Assembly: GCA_047972145.1 (NCBI GenBank)
Contig: JBKEAI010000084.1
Coordinates: 177-64,176, forward strand
Length of the DNA stretch: 64,000 nt
Origin: Microthrixaceae bacterium
GTDB taxonomy: Bacteria; Actinomycetota; Acidimicrobiia; Acidimicrobiales; Microtrichaceae
Direction: 5' to 3'
The translations under genes were made by a program, and so were the position numbers. The notes beneath the pieces are model-generated. The model ran no database searches and had not been told where the DNA came from. It saw only the letters and a list, made by a program, of their open reading frames with translations. Shown here piece by piece: positions 48,121 to 58,330 of this stretch (position 1 is the first letter of the stretch; the number at the start of each line of letters is the position of its first letter).

Positions 48121-50519
48121 TGTTGGTTCCGCTGTCGTGGCTGCGCGAGTTCACCCCGGTGGACCTGCCCGTCGAGGAGCTGTCGGAGGTGTTCGCCGAC
48201 CTGGGTTTCGAGGTCGACGGGATCGAGGCGGTGGGTGAGGGGCTAGAGGGCATAGTGGTGGCCCGCGTGCTCGAGACGTCTCCGCATCCCGACGCGGACC
48301 GGATCCAACTCGTACAGGTGGACCCGGGCGATGGCGGCCCACTCCAGATCTGCTGCGGAGCCTTCAACATGACCGCGGGCGACCTCGTGCCGCTCGCCAC
48401 GGTCGGCACGACGATGCCCGGCGGCATGGAGATCGCTGCGCGCCGCATGCGCGGCGAGATGAGCAACGGCATGTTGTGCTCTCCCTCGGAGCTGGGCCTG
48501 GGCGAGGACCACTCTGGGATACTCATCCTCGAGGGCGTTCCGGAGGTTGGCACCCCGATCGCGGATGTGCTCGGGATCGTGCCGGACGTGGTGTTCGACC
48601 TCGATGTGCTACCCAATCGGCCCGATGCGCTGAGCATCCTCGGAATCGCCAGGGACCTGAGCGCGAGGCTCGATCTGCCGCTCACGGTTCCCGAACCCGA
48701 GGTGGTCGACTCGGGTGCGGATGCCGCCACGCTGGCAACGCTGGAGATCCACGACACCCAACTCTGCGGGCGACTGGTCGCCCGCGTGATATCGGGTGTT
48801 GGCGATGCGGTCACTCCGGCTTGGATGTCCGGCCGTCTGCGCGCCGCGGGTATGCGTCCGATCAGTCCGATCGTGGACGTGTCGAACTACGTGATGTTGG
48901 AGCTCGGCCAACCCAACCACGCTTACGACCTGGCGAAGGTCGCTGGTGGGACCCTCGGGGTGCGCAGGGCGCATGACGGGGAGACGGTCGAGACGCTCGA
49001 CGGTGTCCAGAGGTCGCTGTCGACCGACGACGGCGTGATAGTCGACGGTGAGGACACGGCGATCGGGATCGCCGGGGTGATGGGGGGAGCATCCACGGAG
49101 ATCTCCGCGGCGACCACAGACGTCCTGGTCGAGCTCGCCTGGTGGGACCCGATGTCGATAGCGGTCTCCAGTGCCCGGCTGAACCTGCACTCCGAGGCGT
49201 CGTTGCGCTTCAAGCGGGGTGTGGATCCCGAGGGCATCCACCGGGCTGCCGCACGCTTCGCCGAACTCCTCTGCGCGATGAGTGGCGCCACCGTTCACCC
49301 GGGTGTCATCGAGGAGCGGGGAGACCTGCCGGGCCCTGCGCAGCTCCAGCTGCGCACCGGCCGGGTCAACCTGGTGCTGGGAACAGAGCTCGACAGCGCC
49401 GAGATCACCGGGATCCTGGAGTCGATCGGCTTCGGGGTGGGCGCGTCGGCCGGGGAACCCGACGGGGTGTCCGAGGTGGATGTGCCGAGTTGGAGGCTGG
49501 ACTGCACCGCGGAGATCGACCTGATCGAGGAGGTCGGGCGGATGTACGGCCTCTCGTCGATTCCCAAGACGGTGCCGACATCGCCCAAGGGCGGTTCCCT
49601 GCGCCCCTCCCAACGTCGTCGCCGGCGCATCCGTGCCGCCTTCGTGGGTTCGGGATGCTCCGAGGCGATGCCGATGCCCTTCCTGGCTCCCGGCGACCTC
49701 GCTCGCTGTGGTCTCAGCGGCGAGGGGATGCGTGTCGCCAACCCCCTCGCAGCCGAGGAGTCGGTGCTTCGCACGTCGCTGATGCCAGGCCTGCTCGCCT
49801 CGGTTGGCTACAACGCGGCGCGCCGGACCGAGGGGGTCCGCCTGTTCGAGGTGGCGCGGGTCTTCGACTCGGGTGAGCTCGTCACGGATCGGGTCCGCAG
49901 CGTCGAGTTGGACCGTGTGCTCACCGGCGAACGCGAGAGCGCTGCCGCGGTGCTCGCGGGGTGTGACGCATCCGCCGCGGTGGAGTTGCTGGAGGTGGTT
50001 CTCGCCGCCGCCGGTGTGGGTCCACTGGCACTTCGCGCATGCGAGGTCCCGGGGCTGCACCCCGGCCGCAGTGCCGTGGTGGAGGTGGCCGGGTTGGAGG
50101 TGGGTTCGGTCGGTGAGATCGACCCGGGTGTCGCCGGAGCGCACGAGATCTCAGAGCGGGTCGGGTGGCTCGAGCTCGATATGGACGCGCTGGTGAGGCT
50201 TCCCGAGACCGTCGTTCATGCAGAGCCGGTCAGCAGGTTTCCCTCGACCGACGTCGACCTTGCGTTCGTAGTGCCCGAGGAGGTTCCCGCCGCGGTCATC
50301 GCTGCGACGATCCGGGGGGTCGGTGAAGGTCTGGTCACCAACGTGGATCTGTTCGACGTGTTCCGCGCCGAGACGCTGGGGGATGACCGCAAGAGCCTGG
50401 CCTACCGTGTGCGCTTCTGTGCCGATGACCGCACGCTGACCGATGAAGAGGTGGGCGAACTCCGCTCGAGGATCATCGAGGCGGTCGAATCGACCCATGG
50501 GGCGCACCTGCGCGGTTGA
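48120..50519 (+). CDS. pheT: Phenylalanine--tRNA ligase beta subunit
   Basis: MLVPLSWLREF..., tRNA-binding OB domain, and B3/4, B5 and FDX-ACB modules. The ATG shares one base with the pheS stop (TGATG). Confidence 0.96.
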   Translation: MLVPLSWLREFTPVDLPVEELSEVFADLGFEVDGIEAVGEGLEGIVVARVLETSPHPDADRIQLVQVDPGDGGPLQICCGAFNMTAGDLVPLATVGTTMPGGMEIAARRMRGEMSNGMLCSPSELGLGEDHSGILILEGVPEVGTPIADVLGIVPDVVFDLDVLPNRPDALSILGIARDLSARLDLPLTVPEPEVVDSGADAATLATLEIHDTQLCGRLVARVISGVGDAVTPAWMSGRLRAAGMRPISPIVDVSNYVMLELGQPNHAYDLAKVAGGTLGVRRAHDGETVETLDGVQRSLSTDDGVIVDGEDTAIGIAGVMGGASTEISAATTDVLVELAWWDPMSIAVSSARLNLHSEASLRFKRGVDPEGIHRAAARFAELLCAMSGATVHPGVIEERGDLPGPAQLQLRTGRVNLVLGTELDSAEITGILESIGFGVGASAGEPDGVSEVDVPSWRLDCTAEIDLIEEVGRMYGLSSIPKTVPTSPKGGSLRPSQRRRRRIRAAFVGSGCSEAMPMPFLAPGDLARCGLSGEGMRVANPLAAEESVLRTSLMPGLLASVGYNAARRTEGVRLFEVARVFDSGELVTDRVRSVELDRVLTGERESAAAVLAGCDASAAVELLEVVLAAAGVGPLALRACEVPGLHPGRSAVVEVAGLEVGSVGEIDPGVAGAHEISERVGWLELDMDALVRLPETVVHAEPVSRFPSTDVDLAFVVPEEVPAAVIAATIRGVGEGLVTNVDLFDVFRAETLGDDRKSLAYRVRFCADDRTLTDEEVGELRSRIIEAVESTHGAHLRG

Positions 50520-50523
50520 TCGT

Positions 50524-51684
50524 TCAGGTGCGGGCAGGGGTGAGTCGCCGGTCGAAGCGCTGTGGTAGATCGCTCACCTGATCCACCCAGATGGCTGCCA
50601 GCCCGATCGCGAAGGGCCAGATGAGCCAACCGGTGCGCGCCGTGAGGTCCGTCGACACGATGGAGTAGACGTTCATCAATATCACCGCGACGAATCCCAC
50701 GATGTCCGGACCCCATCTGCTGAACAGCGCTGCCCGGGTACCGCCATTGCGAACCAGGTGCCGGATCCCCAGCAGAGCCGGGATGACCACCGGTGCCAGG
50801 CTCACGGCGAAGTACACCGCTGACACCGGGCTCGTGAGGTTGATGCGCAGCCAGTTCAGGGTCGGCATCACGGTGAACGAGAACACCGCCTCGGGTGCGC
50901 TCGCGGCTACCCACCATGCGGTTACGAGCACCCCGGCGGCGCTCAGGGCAGCACCCAGGACGAACCGGGGGTCCTTGTAGGAGTTGCCATCGGCCTTCCA
51001 TGCCCAGACCACGGCTGGGGCGAGGATCAGCAGCGCCTCCTTCACCAGGTACGACACGGGGAAGAACACCACCAGCGCTGCCCAGTACCGCCGCACGAGC
51101 AGCCAGTAGCCGAACACCAGGACCCCCACGACACCGCCATCGATGAACAGGGCGGAGGTGTATACGACCACCGGAAGCGCGAACGTGTACAGCACAGCAC
51201 CGACCGCCTGCGCGGTCGGGGAGCTGCCACGTACCGCCAACGCGTCCACGAGGAACCACAGTCCGGCGACCACCAGCGCCAGGTTGACCAGCGCGAACGC
51301 GTAGGAGCTGTCGAGGGGCAGCAGTGAAGCGAGCCACGGCAGGGCGACCCGCTGGGTGAAGGGATCCACCGGCCCCTTCCACGTGTCGTAGTTGGCTGCG
51401 AACTCGGGATACGGCTCCTGCTTTTCGAACGCCCCTTCGACACCGCGGTAGTCCTCCACCATCGCCAGGTACTGGGAGATGTCTATGTTGAGGTGCTCGA
51501 CGTGGCGCCCGTCGTCGGTGTCCCAGGTGTAGAAGTTGTCGGTTGCGAAGAAGCTGGTGCCCAGCAGATCGATCCGTGCGAATCTCAGGCCCCCGAGCAC
51601 CACGAGTGCGAGGGTGAACACGAGCATCCAACGCAGGGCCAGCCGCGGTTGTGCGCGCGGAGCCTCCAGGTTCTGCGCTGTCAT
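50524..51684 (-). CDS. Polytopic integral membrane protein of unknown function
   Basis: About 10 hydrophobic segments after a periplasmic-looking loop. ATG at 51684 (MTAQNLEAP). The upstream 70 codons of the ORF look spurious. I recognise no catalytic motif. Confidence 0.65.
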   Translation of the reverse strand: MTAQNLEAPRAQPRLALRWMLVFTLALVVLGGLRFARIDLLGTSFFATDNFYTWDTDDGRHVEHLNIDISQYLAMVEDYRGVEGAFEKQEPYPEFAANYDTWKGPVDPFTQRVALPWLASLLPLDSSYAFALVNLALVVAGLWFLVDALAVRGSSPTAQAVGAVLYTFALPVVVYTSALFIDGGVVGVLVFGYWLLVRRYWAALVVFFPVSYLVKEALLILAPAVVWAWKADGNSYKDPRFVLGAALSAAGVLVTAWWVAASAPEAVFSFTVMPTLNWLRINLTSPVSAVYFAVSLAPVVIPALLGIRHLVRNGGTRAALFSRWGPDIVGFVAVILMNVYSIVSTDLTARTGWLIWPFAIGLAAIWVDQVSDLPQRFDRRLTPART

Positions 51685-51841
51685 CCGGGAGACACTAGCT
51701 TCCGGCGGTTTGCGCACCGGCTCCGCCGGAGCACCACACGGTGGAGACTCCCCCCGGAAGGGGGCGCATGGCGGGTCCGCTTGGTTGGCTGCGTAGCCTT
51801 GCCCCGGTGGCGTGCTGGTGTGTGCGTAGGAGTGCCCAGAC

Positions 51842-51887
51842 CTGCATATTCTTGCGGTACACCGCATGGACTGTGTAGTGTCGCGGG
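51842..51887 (+). promoter_or_regulatory. Candidate argC promoter (leaderless) with an ARG-box-like operator
   Basis: TTGCGG (51852-57), 18-nt spacer, TAGTGT (51876-81), then ATG at 51888, which is 7 nt after the -10 hexamer. The AT-rich TGCATATTCTTGCG overlapping the -35 resembles the TGCAT-containing actinobacterial ArgR operator half-site. Confidence 0.35.
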
Positions 51888-52922
51888 ATGGCACGAGTCG
51901 GGGTCATCGGGGCATCGGGGTACACCGGAGCGGAGCTGCTGCGGTTGATCGCGGGCCACGACGACCTGGAATTGGGGTTCGCCACCGGAGAGACCCAGGC
52001 CGGCGAATCGATCGGCGCTCTGTATCCGAGCCTGGCCGCCGCCTATCGAGGCCGGACCTTCGAGCGCTACGAGGAGGCCATGCTCGGAGGGGTCGACGGT
52101 GTGTTCGTGGCGTTGCCACACGGCCACTCGCAGTCGCTGATGGGTCCGATCCTCGCATCGGGCGCCGCCGTGGTGGACCTGGGGGCCGACTTCCGCCTCC
52201 GGTCGGTTTCCGCCTATGAGCAGTGGTACGGCGAGACCCACACCGCACCCGAACTGCTCGGAGAGTTCGCCTACGGCCTTACCGAGTTGTACCGCGACGA
52301 GATCAAGGGGTCGCGTGCGGTCGCCAACCCCGGGTGCTACCCGAGTGCCGCCAACCTCGCCCTCGCGCCCCTGGTGCGGGCAGGGCTCGTCGAAGTCGAC
52401 TCGATCGTGGTCAACGCGGTCTCCGGTGTGTCGGGGGCCGGGCGCCCACCGAAGCCCAACACCACGTTCTGTGCCGTCGAGGGGGACGTGAGCGCGTACG
52501 GGCTCGTCTCACACCGCCACACCTCAGAGATCGACATGGTGCTCGGTGCGACGGTGTTGTTCACCCCGCACCTGGTCCCCATGAACCGGGGGATCCTCGC
52601 GACCTGTACAGCCAAGCCGACGGAGTCGGCCCGCGACTCCGAGGCCCTCGGCGACGCCGGGCTTCTGTCGACGATGGCGGAGTTCTATGCGGACGAGCCC
52701 TTCATCGTGGTCTCGCAGCGCTCACCGTCGACCAAGGCCACGCTGGGCTCGAACGCGGTACACCTCACATGTCGGTATGACCCACGCACCGACACCGTTC
52801 TCGCGATCGCAGCACTCGACAACCTCACCAAAGGGGCTTCGGGCGCAGCGGTACAGAACATGAACATCGTCCTCGGCCTCGAAGAGGCCGCCGGGTTGGG
52901 CGTCACAGGGCTCTACCCGTGA
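51888..52922 (+). CDS. argC: N-acetyl-gamma-glutamyl-phosphate reductase
   Basis: VGVIGASGYTGAELLRL and NPGCYP catalytic Cys motif. Confidence 0.96.
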   Translation: MARVGVIGASGYTGAELLRLIAGHDDLELGFATGETQAGESIGALYPSLAAAYRGRTFERYEEAMLGGVDGVFVALPHGHSQSLMGPILASGAAVVDLGADFRLRSVSAYEQWYGETHTAPELLGEFAYGLTELYRDEIKGSRAVANPGCYPSAANLALAPLVRAGLVEVDSIVVNAVSGVSGAGRPPKPNTTFCAVEGDVSAYGLVSHRHTSEIDMVLGATVLFTPHLVPMNRGILATCTAKPTESARDSEALGDAGLLSTMAEFYADEPFIVVSQRSPSTKATLGSNAVHLTCRYDPRTDTVLAIAALDNLTKGASGAAVQNMNIVLGLEEAAGLGVTGLYP

Positions 52923-53893
52923 ACGCTCCATCGTTGAACGATCCACCCACGAACGCTCGACCCACGAACGCTCGACCCACGAACGCGGATGCCCTGGCCG
53001 GTGGCCGGGAGACCCAGCCCGGGGATCGTCGGGATCCCGCGACGACCGTCGAGGTGCTCCTTCAAGCGCTTCCCTACATAGAGGCGTTCCGCGGCTCGGT
53101 CGTGGTCGTCAAGTTCGGGGGCAACGCGATGGTGGACCCGAAGCTCTTCGACAGCTTCGCGTCCGACATCGTGTGGATGCACCGCGTGGGGATCAAGCCG
53201 GTCGTGGTGCACGGTGGTGGTCCCCAGATCGGGCACTGGATGGAGCGCCTCGGTCGTGAGTCCACCTTCGTGGATGGTCGCAGGGTCACCGACGCCGAGA
53301 CCCTCGAGGTCGCCCAGATGGTGCTCATCGGCAAGGTCAACTCCGACATAGTCACCGCGCTCAACTCCACCGGTCCGGTAGCGGTCGGCCTGTCGGGTAC
53401 CGACGCCTCCATGCTCGCTGCCGAGCCACACGACCCGGAGCTCGGATTCGTCGGAGCGGTAACCGAGGTGCATCCCGAGCTGATCCAGCGCACCCTCGAC
53501 ATGGACCTCGTACCCGTGCTCGCAACCATCGGCGTCGGCGGGGATGGACAGCGCTACAACATCAACGCTGATGACGCCGCTACGGCGGTCGCCCAACGGC
53601 TGGGTGCCGAGAAGCTCGTGTTCCTCACAGATGTGGCGGGCCTGCTCGGCGACGTCGAAGACCCTGACTCACTGATCCCGGTCACCACCCCGCCTGAGAT
53701 CCACTCGCTCATCGAAAGGGGGGTGATCGCCGGTGGGATGGTCCCCAAGATGGCCGGTTGCGCCCAGGCGGTGGATGCAGGGGTGGGTTCCGTGCACCTG
53801 ATCGACGGGCGCTTGCCCCACGTGCTGCTGCTCGAGCTGTTCACCGACGCGGGTGTGGGCACGATGGTCACCGCAGGCAGGGGCGAGCCGTGA
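52919..53893 (+). CDS. argB: Acetylglutamate kinase
   Basis: ALPYIEAFRGSVVVVKFGGNAM, VVHGGGPQI and the AAK fold. The GTG at 52919 overlaps the argC stop. An alternative GTG at 53054 would remove the repeat-containing N-terminal extension. Confidence 0.92.
   Translation: MNAPSLNDPPTNARPTNARPTNADALAGGRETQPGDRRDPATTVEVLLQALPYIEAFRGSVVVVKFGGNAMVDPKLFDSFASDIVWMHRVGIKPVVVHGGGPQIGHWMERLGRESTFVDGRRVTDAETLEVAQMVLIGKVNSDIVTALNSTGPVAVGLSGTDASMLAAEPHDPELGFVGAVTEVHPELIQRTLDMDLVPVLATIGVGGDGQRYNINADDAATAVAQRLGAEKLVFLTDVAGLLGDVEDPDSLIPVTTPPEIHSLIERGVIAGGMVPKMAGCAQAVDAGVGSVHLIDGRLPHVLLLELFTDAGVGTMVTAGRGEP
52947..52991 (+). repeat. 15-bp tandem repeat x3 (PTNAR units) in the 5' extension of argB
   Basis: cccacgaacgctcga x2 followed by cccacgaacgcggat. 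Confidence 0.95.
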
Positions 53894-55134
53894 GCGGACA
53901 CTCGACGGCGATGGGTGCCGGGGTAGCCGCTGATGGCTGTCCCCTGATGCCCACCTACGGGGCGCCACAGGTGATGTTCGTGCGCGGGGAGGGGAGCCGT
54001 CTCTACGACGCCGACGGGTACGCCTACCTCGACCTGCTGTCGGGAATCGCCGTCACCTCGCTCGGCCATGCCCACCCGGTGGTGGCCGAGGCGATCTCGA
54101 CGCAGTCCCGCAAGCTCCTGCACGTGTCGAACCTGTTCGGCACCGAACACAACGCGGTGGTCGCAGCGACCCTCGACCGCCATCTCGGTGGTGGCGGCCA
54201 GGTGTTCTTCGCGAACTCCGGCGCCGAGGCCAACGAGGCCGCCATCAAGCTTGCCCGCAAGTTCGGGGGTAGGGGGCGCCACGTGGTGCTCAGCGCCTTC
54301 GGCAGCTTCCACGGGCGGACCCTCGCGACATTGCACGCGACCGGCCAGACCGCCAAGCACGAGGTGTTCCAGCCGCTGCCGGAGGGGTTCCGTCACGCTG
54401 CTTTCGGCGACCTCGCGGACTTCGCTCGAAACATCGACGACAGTGTCGCTGCGGTGCTGATCGAGGTCGTGCAGGGTGAAGGTGGGGTGAACCCGCTCCC
54501 GGAGGACTTCATGGTCGGGTTGCGCGGGCTGTGCGATGAGCGCGGCGTGTTGTTGATGATCGACGAGGTGCAGACGGGCCTGGGTCGCTGCGGGGCGTGG
54601 TTCGCCCACCAGCACAGCGGGATCCGACCCGACGTGGTCACGATGGCAAAGGCGCTCGGCAACGGGATGCCGATCGGTGCGTGCTGGGCGCGGCGCGAGG
54701 TGGCCGCGGTGTTCGAACCCGGCGACCACGCGACCACCTTCGGAGGCCAGCCCCTCGCGACGGCGGCTGCCAGGGCGGTCCTGGAGGTCATGCAGAGCGA
54801 GGACGTACCCCGTCGTGCTACCGACGCGGGCCGGGCGTTCGGTGAAGCGCTCGGCGCGCTCGAGGGTGTCGCCTCGGTGCGGGGCATGGGTTTGCTGCTC
54901 GCCGTGGAGCTCGACCTTCCTCGGGGGCGGACCGCCGGGGACGTCGCATCGGAGCTGCTCGCCGGCATCCACGGCCCACGGGTCGTGGTCAACGCTGTGA
55001 CCCCGAGCGCGCTGAGGTTGACCCCGAACCTGTTGATCTCCGGCGCCGAGATCGCAGAAGCCGTCGACGCGATCGGAGCTGCCCTCGCCGCCGGTCACGA
55101 AGGTGCATCCGATACCGACCCGGGAGGTGTCTGA
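53890..55134 (+). CDS. argD: Acetylornithine aminotransferase
   Basis: [28 protein letters not shown] and the [12 protein letters not shown]-lysine motif. Confidence 0.95.
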   Translation: MSGHSTAMGAGVAADGCPLMPTYGAPQVMFVRGEGSRLYDADGYAYLDLLSGIAVTSLGHAHPVVAEAISTQSRKLLHVSNLFGTEHNAVVAATLDRHLGGGGQVFFANSGAEANEAAIKLARKFGGRGRHVVLSAFGSFHGRTLATLHATGQTAKHEVFQPLPEGFRHAAFGDLADFARNIDDSVAAVLIEVVQGEGGVNPLPEDFMVGLRGLCDERGVLLMIDEVQTGLGRCGAWFAHQHSGIRPDVVTMAKALGNGMPIGACWARREVAAVFEPGDHATTFGGQPLATAAARAVLEVMQSEDVPRRATDAGRAFGEALGALEGVASVRGMGLLLAVELDLPRGRTAGDVASELLAGIHGPRVVVNAVTPSALRLTPNLLISGAEIAEAVDAIGAALAAGHEGASDTDPGGV

Positions 55135-55598
55135 TGGCGTCCAAGGCACAACGTCAACACCGCATCGGTGAGCTGCTCGCGCACCAGCAGGTCTCCAACC
55201 AGGCGCAACTGGTCGAGCTGCTCGCCGGGACGGGCGTGACGGTGAACCAGGCGACGGTGTCGCGCGACCTGGACGAGCTGGGCGCCATCAAGGTGAGGGT
55301 GCCCGGCGGGGAGTCGGTGTACGCGATCCCCGAGATGCCCACCGCCCAGTTCGCCCCTGAGGACCACCTGCGGCGCGTCCTGTCGGACTGGGTGGTCGAG
55401 ACCGACCGTTCGGGCGACCTGGTGGTGGTGCGCACACCGCCGGGATCCGCGCACGTGGTCGCTTCCGCGATCGATCGGAACGGTCTGGCCGACGTACTCG
55501 GGACCGTCGCCGGTGACGACACGATCCTGGTGATAGGCAGGGCGCGCCGCGGTCAGGCTGTGGAGTCCAAGCTCACCGAACTGGCCGGGATCGACTGA
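55134..55598 (+). CDS. argR: Arginine repressor
   Basis: Winged-helix N-terminus ([24 protein letters not shown]) and C-terminal [11 protein letters not shown]. Confidence 0.93.
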   Translation: MASKAQRQHRIGELLAHQQVSNQAQLVELLAGTGVTVNQATVSRDLDELGAIKVRVPGGESVYAIPEMPTAQFAPEDHLRRVLSDWVVETDRSGDLVVVRTPPGSAHVVASAIDRNGLADVLGTVAGDDTILVIGRARRGQAVESKLTELAGID

Positions 55599-55676
55599 CA
55601 CGATGCTCAGAGCAGGTCGGGCTCGAGCATTCACGAAAACCAACCCCCCAACCCTTCTGCACAAGGAGCTGAACCA

Positions 55677-56873
55677 GTGGCCAACAGAGTGATATTGGCG
55701 TACTCCGGTGGACTCGACACCTCGGTGGCGGTGCGCTGGATGATCGAGAACATGGGTGTCGAGGTGGTGTGCCTCTCCGCGGATGTGGGCCAGGAGGGAA
55801 CCCTCGAGGGCAACCGGGAGAAGGCCCTCGGCGCCGGCGCGATCGCGTACGAGGAGCTCGACCTGCGTGAGGAGTTCGCGACCGACTACGTAGCGCCCCT
55901 GATCAAGGCGAACGCGCTCTACGAGGGTCAGTACCCGCTGGTCTCAGCGCTGAGCCGCCCGCTGATCGTCAAGCACCAGGTGGCCATGGCCCGCAAGTAC
56001 TCGGCGGACGGGATCGCCCACGGCTGTACCGGCAAGGGCAACGACCAGGTTCGATTCGAGGTTTCCTCGATGGCTCTCGCCCCGGATCTGGAGCTGCTGG
56101 CACCCGTGCGCAACTGGGGGTTCACCCGCGAGGACTCGATCAACTACGCGGCGCAGCACGACATCGCGGTTGGGGCTACCAAGGAGAAGCTCTATTCGAT
56201 CGACGACAACCTTTGGGGCCGCGCCATCGAGTGCGGTGAGATGGAGGATCCCTGGGCACAACCCCCCGAAGGGGTGTGGAAGATGACCGTTGCGACCGCC
56301 GTGGAGCCCCGGGACCTAGTACTCGGGTTCGAGCGGGGGGTGCCGGTGTCGCTCGACGGAGAGCCGATGGCGCTTCACGAGCTGATCATCGAACTGAACC
56401 ACACCGTCGGATCCTACGGATGGGGACGCCTCGACATGGTCGAGAACCGTCGTGTGGGGATCAAGAGCCGGGAGACCTACGAGGCACCCGGTGCGCTCGC
56501 GCTGATGATGGCCCACGCCGACCTCGAGTCGATCACCCTCGAGCGCGACCTCCAACGCGAGAAGCTGCGGCTCGAACACCGCTATGCGGAGCTCGTCTAC
56601 GACGGCCTGTGGTTCTCACCACTCAAGGAAGCCTTCGATGCGTTCATCGATACCTCCCAGGAACCCGTGACCGGTGAGGTTCGGCTCCGGCTCGAACCCG
56701 GTGGGAGGTGTTTCGTGAACGGACGACGCGCGCCGAAGTCGCTGTATGACTACGGCCTCGCCACCTACGACGCAGCAGACCGATTCCGTCACGCCGACTC
56801 GGAGGGTTTCGTGCGGCTGTGGGGCCTGGGTGTGCAGACCTGGTCGGGGATACAGGGGCCCGGTTCGCGATGA
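55677..56873 (+). CDS. argG: Argininosuccinate synthase
   Basis: VILAYSGGLDTSV and HGCTGKGNDQVRFE. GTG preceded by AAGGAG. Confidence 0.97.
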   Translation: MANRVILAYSGGLDTSVAVRWMIENMGVEVVCLSADVGQEGTLEGNREKALGAGAIAYEELDLREEFATDYVAPLIKANALYEGQYPLVSALSRPLIVKHQVAMARKYSADGIAHGCTGKGNDQVRFEVSSMALAPDLELLAPVRNWGFTREDSINYAAQHDIAVGATKEKLYSIDDNLWGRAIECGEMEDPWAQPPEGVWKMTVATAVEPRDLVLGFERGVPVSLDGEPMALHELIIELNHTVGSYGWGRLDMVENRRVGIKSRETYEAPGALALMMAHADLESITLERDLQREKLRLEHRYAELVYDGLWFSPLKEAFDAFIDTSQEPVTGEVRLRLEPGGRCFVNGRRAPKSLYDYGLATYDAADRFRHADSEGFVRLWGLGVQTWSGIQGPGSR

Positions 56874-58330
56874 GCGGTTCATCGGGGACCCCTCGGCCCG
56901 CAGGTGGAGTCGCATCGTCGATGCACGGCGCAGAGCAGGGTCGGGGTCAGCTGTGGCACGGACGCTTCGCGAGTGGCCCGGCTGGTGAGCTGATGGAGTT
57001 CACCGAGTCCCTCAGCTACGACCAGCGGTTGATCTTCAGCGACATCGCATGCTCCAAGGCCCATGTGCGGGGACTGCACAGGGGAGGGCTGCTCGGCGAG
57101 GAGGAGATGGGTCTGATACTGGGTGGGCTCGACTCGGTCGAGCTGGAATACCGCGACGGGTCCTTCGTCTTCGTCGAATCCGACGAGGACATCCACACGG
57201 CGATCGAGCGGCGGGTCACCGAGCTGGTCGGGCCGGTCGGAGGAAAGCTCCACACCGGACGGTCGCGCAACGACCAGGTCGCCACGGCGTTCCGGCACCT
57301 CCTCAAGGGTGAGTTGGAGGTGATCTCCGTGCGGCTACTCGAACTGGTCGAGACGCTCGTGGCCCGGGTGGACGAGGTCGGTACCGGCCAGGACGCCCCC
57401 TACCTTCCCGGCTACACACACCTCCAGCAGGCCCAACCGGTGCTGCTGGCCCATCACCTGATGGCGCACTGCTGGGCGCTGTTGCGCGATCTAGACCGGG
57501 TGGCGCAGTGCTCGGTTCGCGTGGATGTGTCGCCGCTGGGTGCGGGTGCGCTCGCGGGGTCCTCGCTCGACCTCGACCCTGATTTCACCGCCGCCGAAGC
57601 AGGATTCGGTGCGCGTTTCGAGAACTCCCTCGACGCAACCTCGGATCGCGACTTCGTGGCGGAGGGCCTGTTCGTGCTCGCGATGGTGGGCCTTCATCTG
57701 TCGCGCATGGGGGAGGAGGTCGTGTTGTGGTCGAGCGCCGAGTTCGGCTTCATATCGCTCGACGACGGATACGCCACTGGGTCCTCGATGCTCCCCCAGA
57801 AGAAGAACCCCGACATCGCCGAGCTCGCGCGCGGCAAGGCCGGGCGCCTGATCGGAGACCTGACGGGATTCCTCGCCACCATGAAGTCGTTACCGCTCGC
57901 CTACAACCGGGACCTTCAAGAGGACAAGGAGCCGCTGTTCGATGCGCTCGACAACGTGAGGCTCGCGTTGGGGGCGATGAGCGGCATGTACCGGACGCTC
58001 ACCTTCGACACCGCTGCCATGGCACGCTCCGCGGACAACCCGTACGGTGCCGCGACCGACCTGGCGGAGCTCCTGGTGTCGCGCGGCACACCGTTCCGCG
58101 AGGCCCACGCGATCGTCGGGGAGCTGGTGCGTCGCTCCATCGACGACGGAGTGCCCTTCGTCGAGCTGGTGTCGGCCGATGAACGTCTCGGATCCGACGG
58201 GGCGGCCCTGGTTGCTCCCGGTGCGTCGGTTCGAAATCGGCGTACTCCTGGCTCCGCGGGCCCCGACGCGGTGACGCTCCAGCGAGTGCGCCTCGGTGAA
58301 GCGGTGGACGCGGCGGCCGCCCGCTTGTGA
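56870..58330 (+). CDS. argH: Argininosuccinate lyase
   Basis: LHTGRSRNDQV and GSSMLPQKKNPD signature. ATGA overlap with argG. Confidence 0.96.
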   Translation: MSGSSGTPRPAGGVASSMHGAEQGRGQLWHGRFASGPAGELMEFTESLSYDQRLIFSDIACSKAHVRGLHRGGLLGEEEMGLILGGLDSVELEYRDGSFVFVESDEDIHTAIERRVTELVGPVGGKLHTGRSRNDQVATAFRHLLKGELEVISVRLLELVETLVARVDEVGTGQDAPYLPGYTHLQQAQPVLLAHHLMAHCWALLRDLDRVAQCSVRVDVSPLGAGALAGSSLDLDPDFTAAEAGFGARFENSLDATSDRDFVAEGLFVLAMVGLHLSRMGEEVVLWSSAEFGFISLDDGYATGSSMLPQKKNPDIAELARGKAGRLIGDLTGFLATMKSLPLAYNRDLQEDKEPLFDALDNVRLALGAMSGMYRTLTFDTAAMARSADNPYGAATDLAELLVSRGTPFREAHAIVGELVRRSIDDGVPFVELVSADERLGSDGAALVAPGASVRNRRTPGSAGPDAVTLQRVRLGEAVDAAAARL

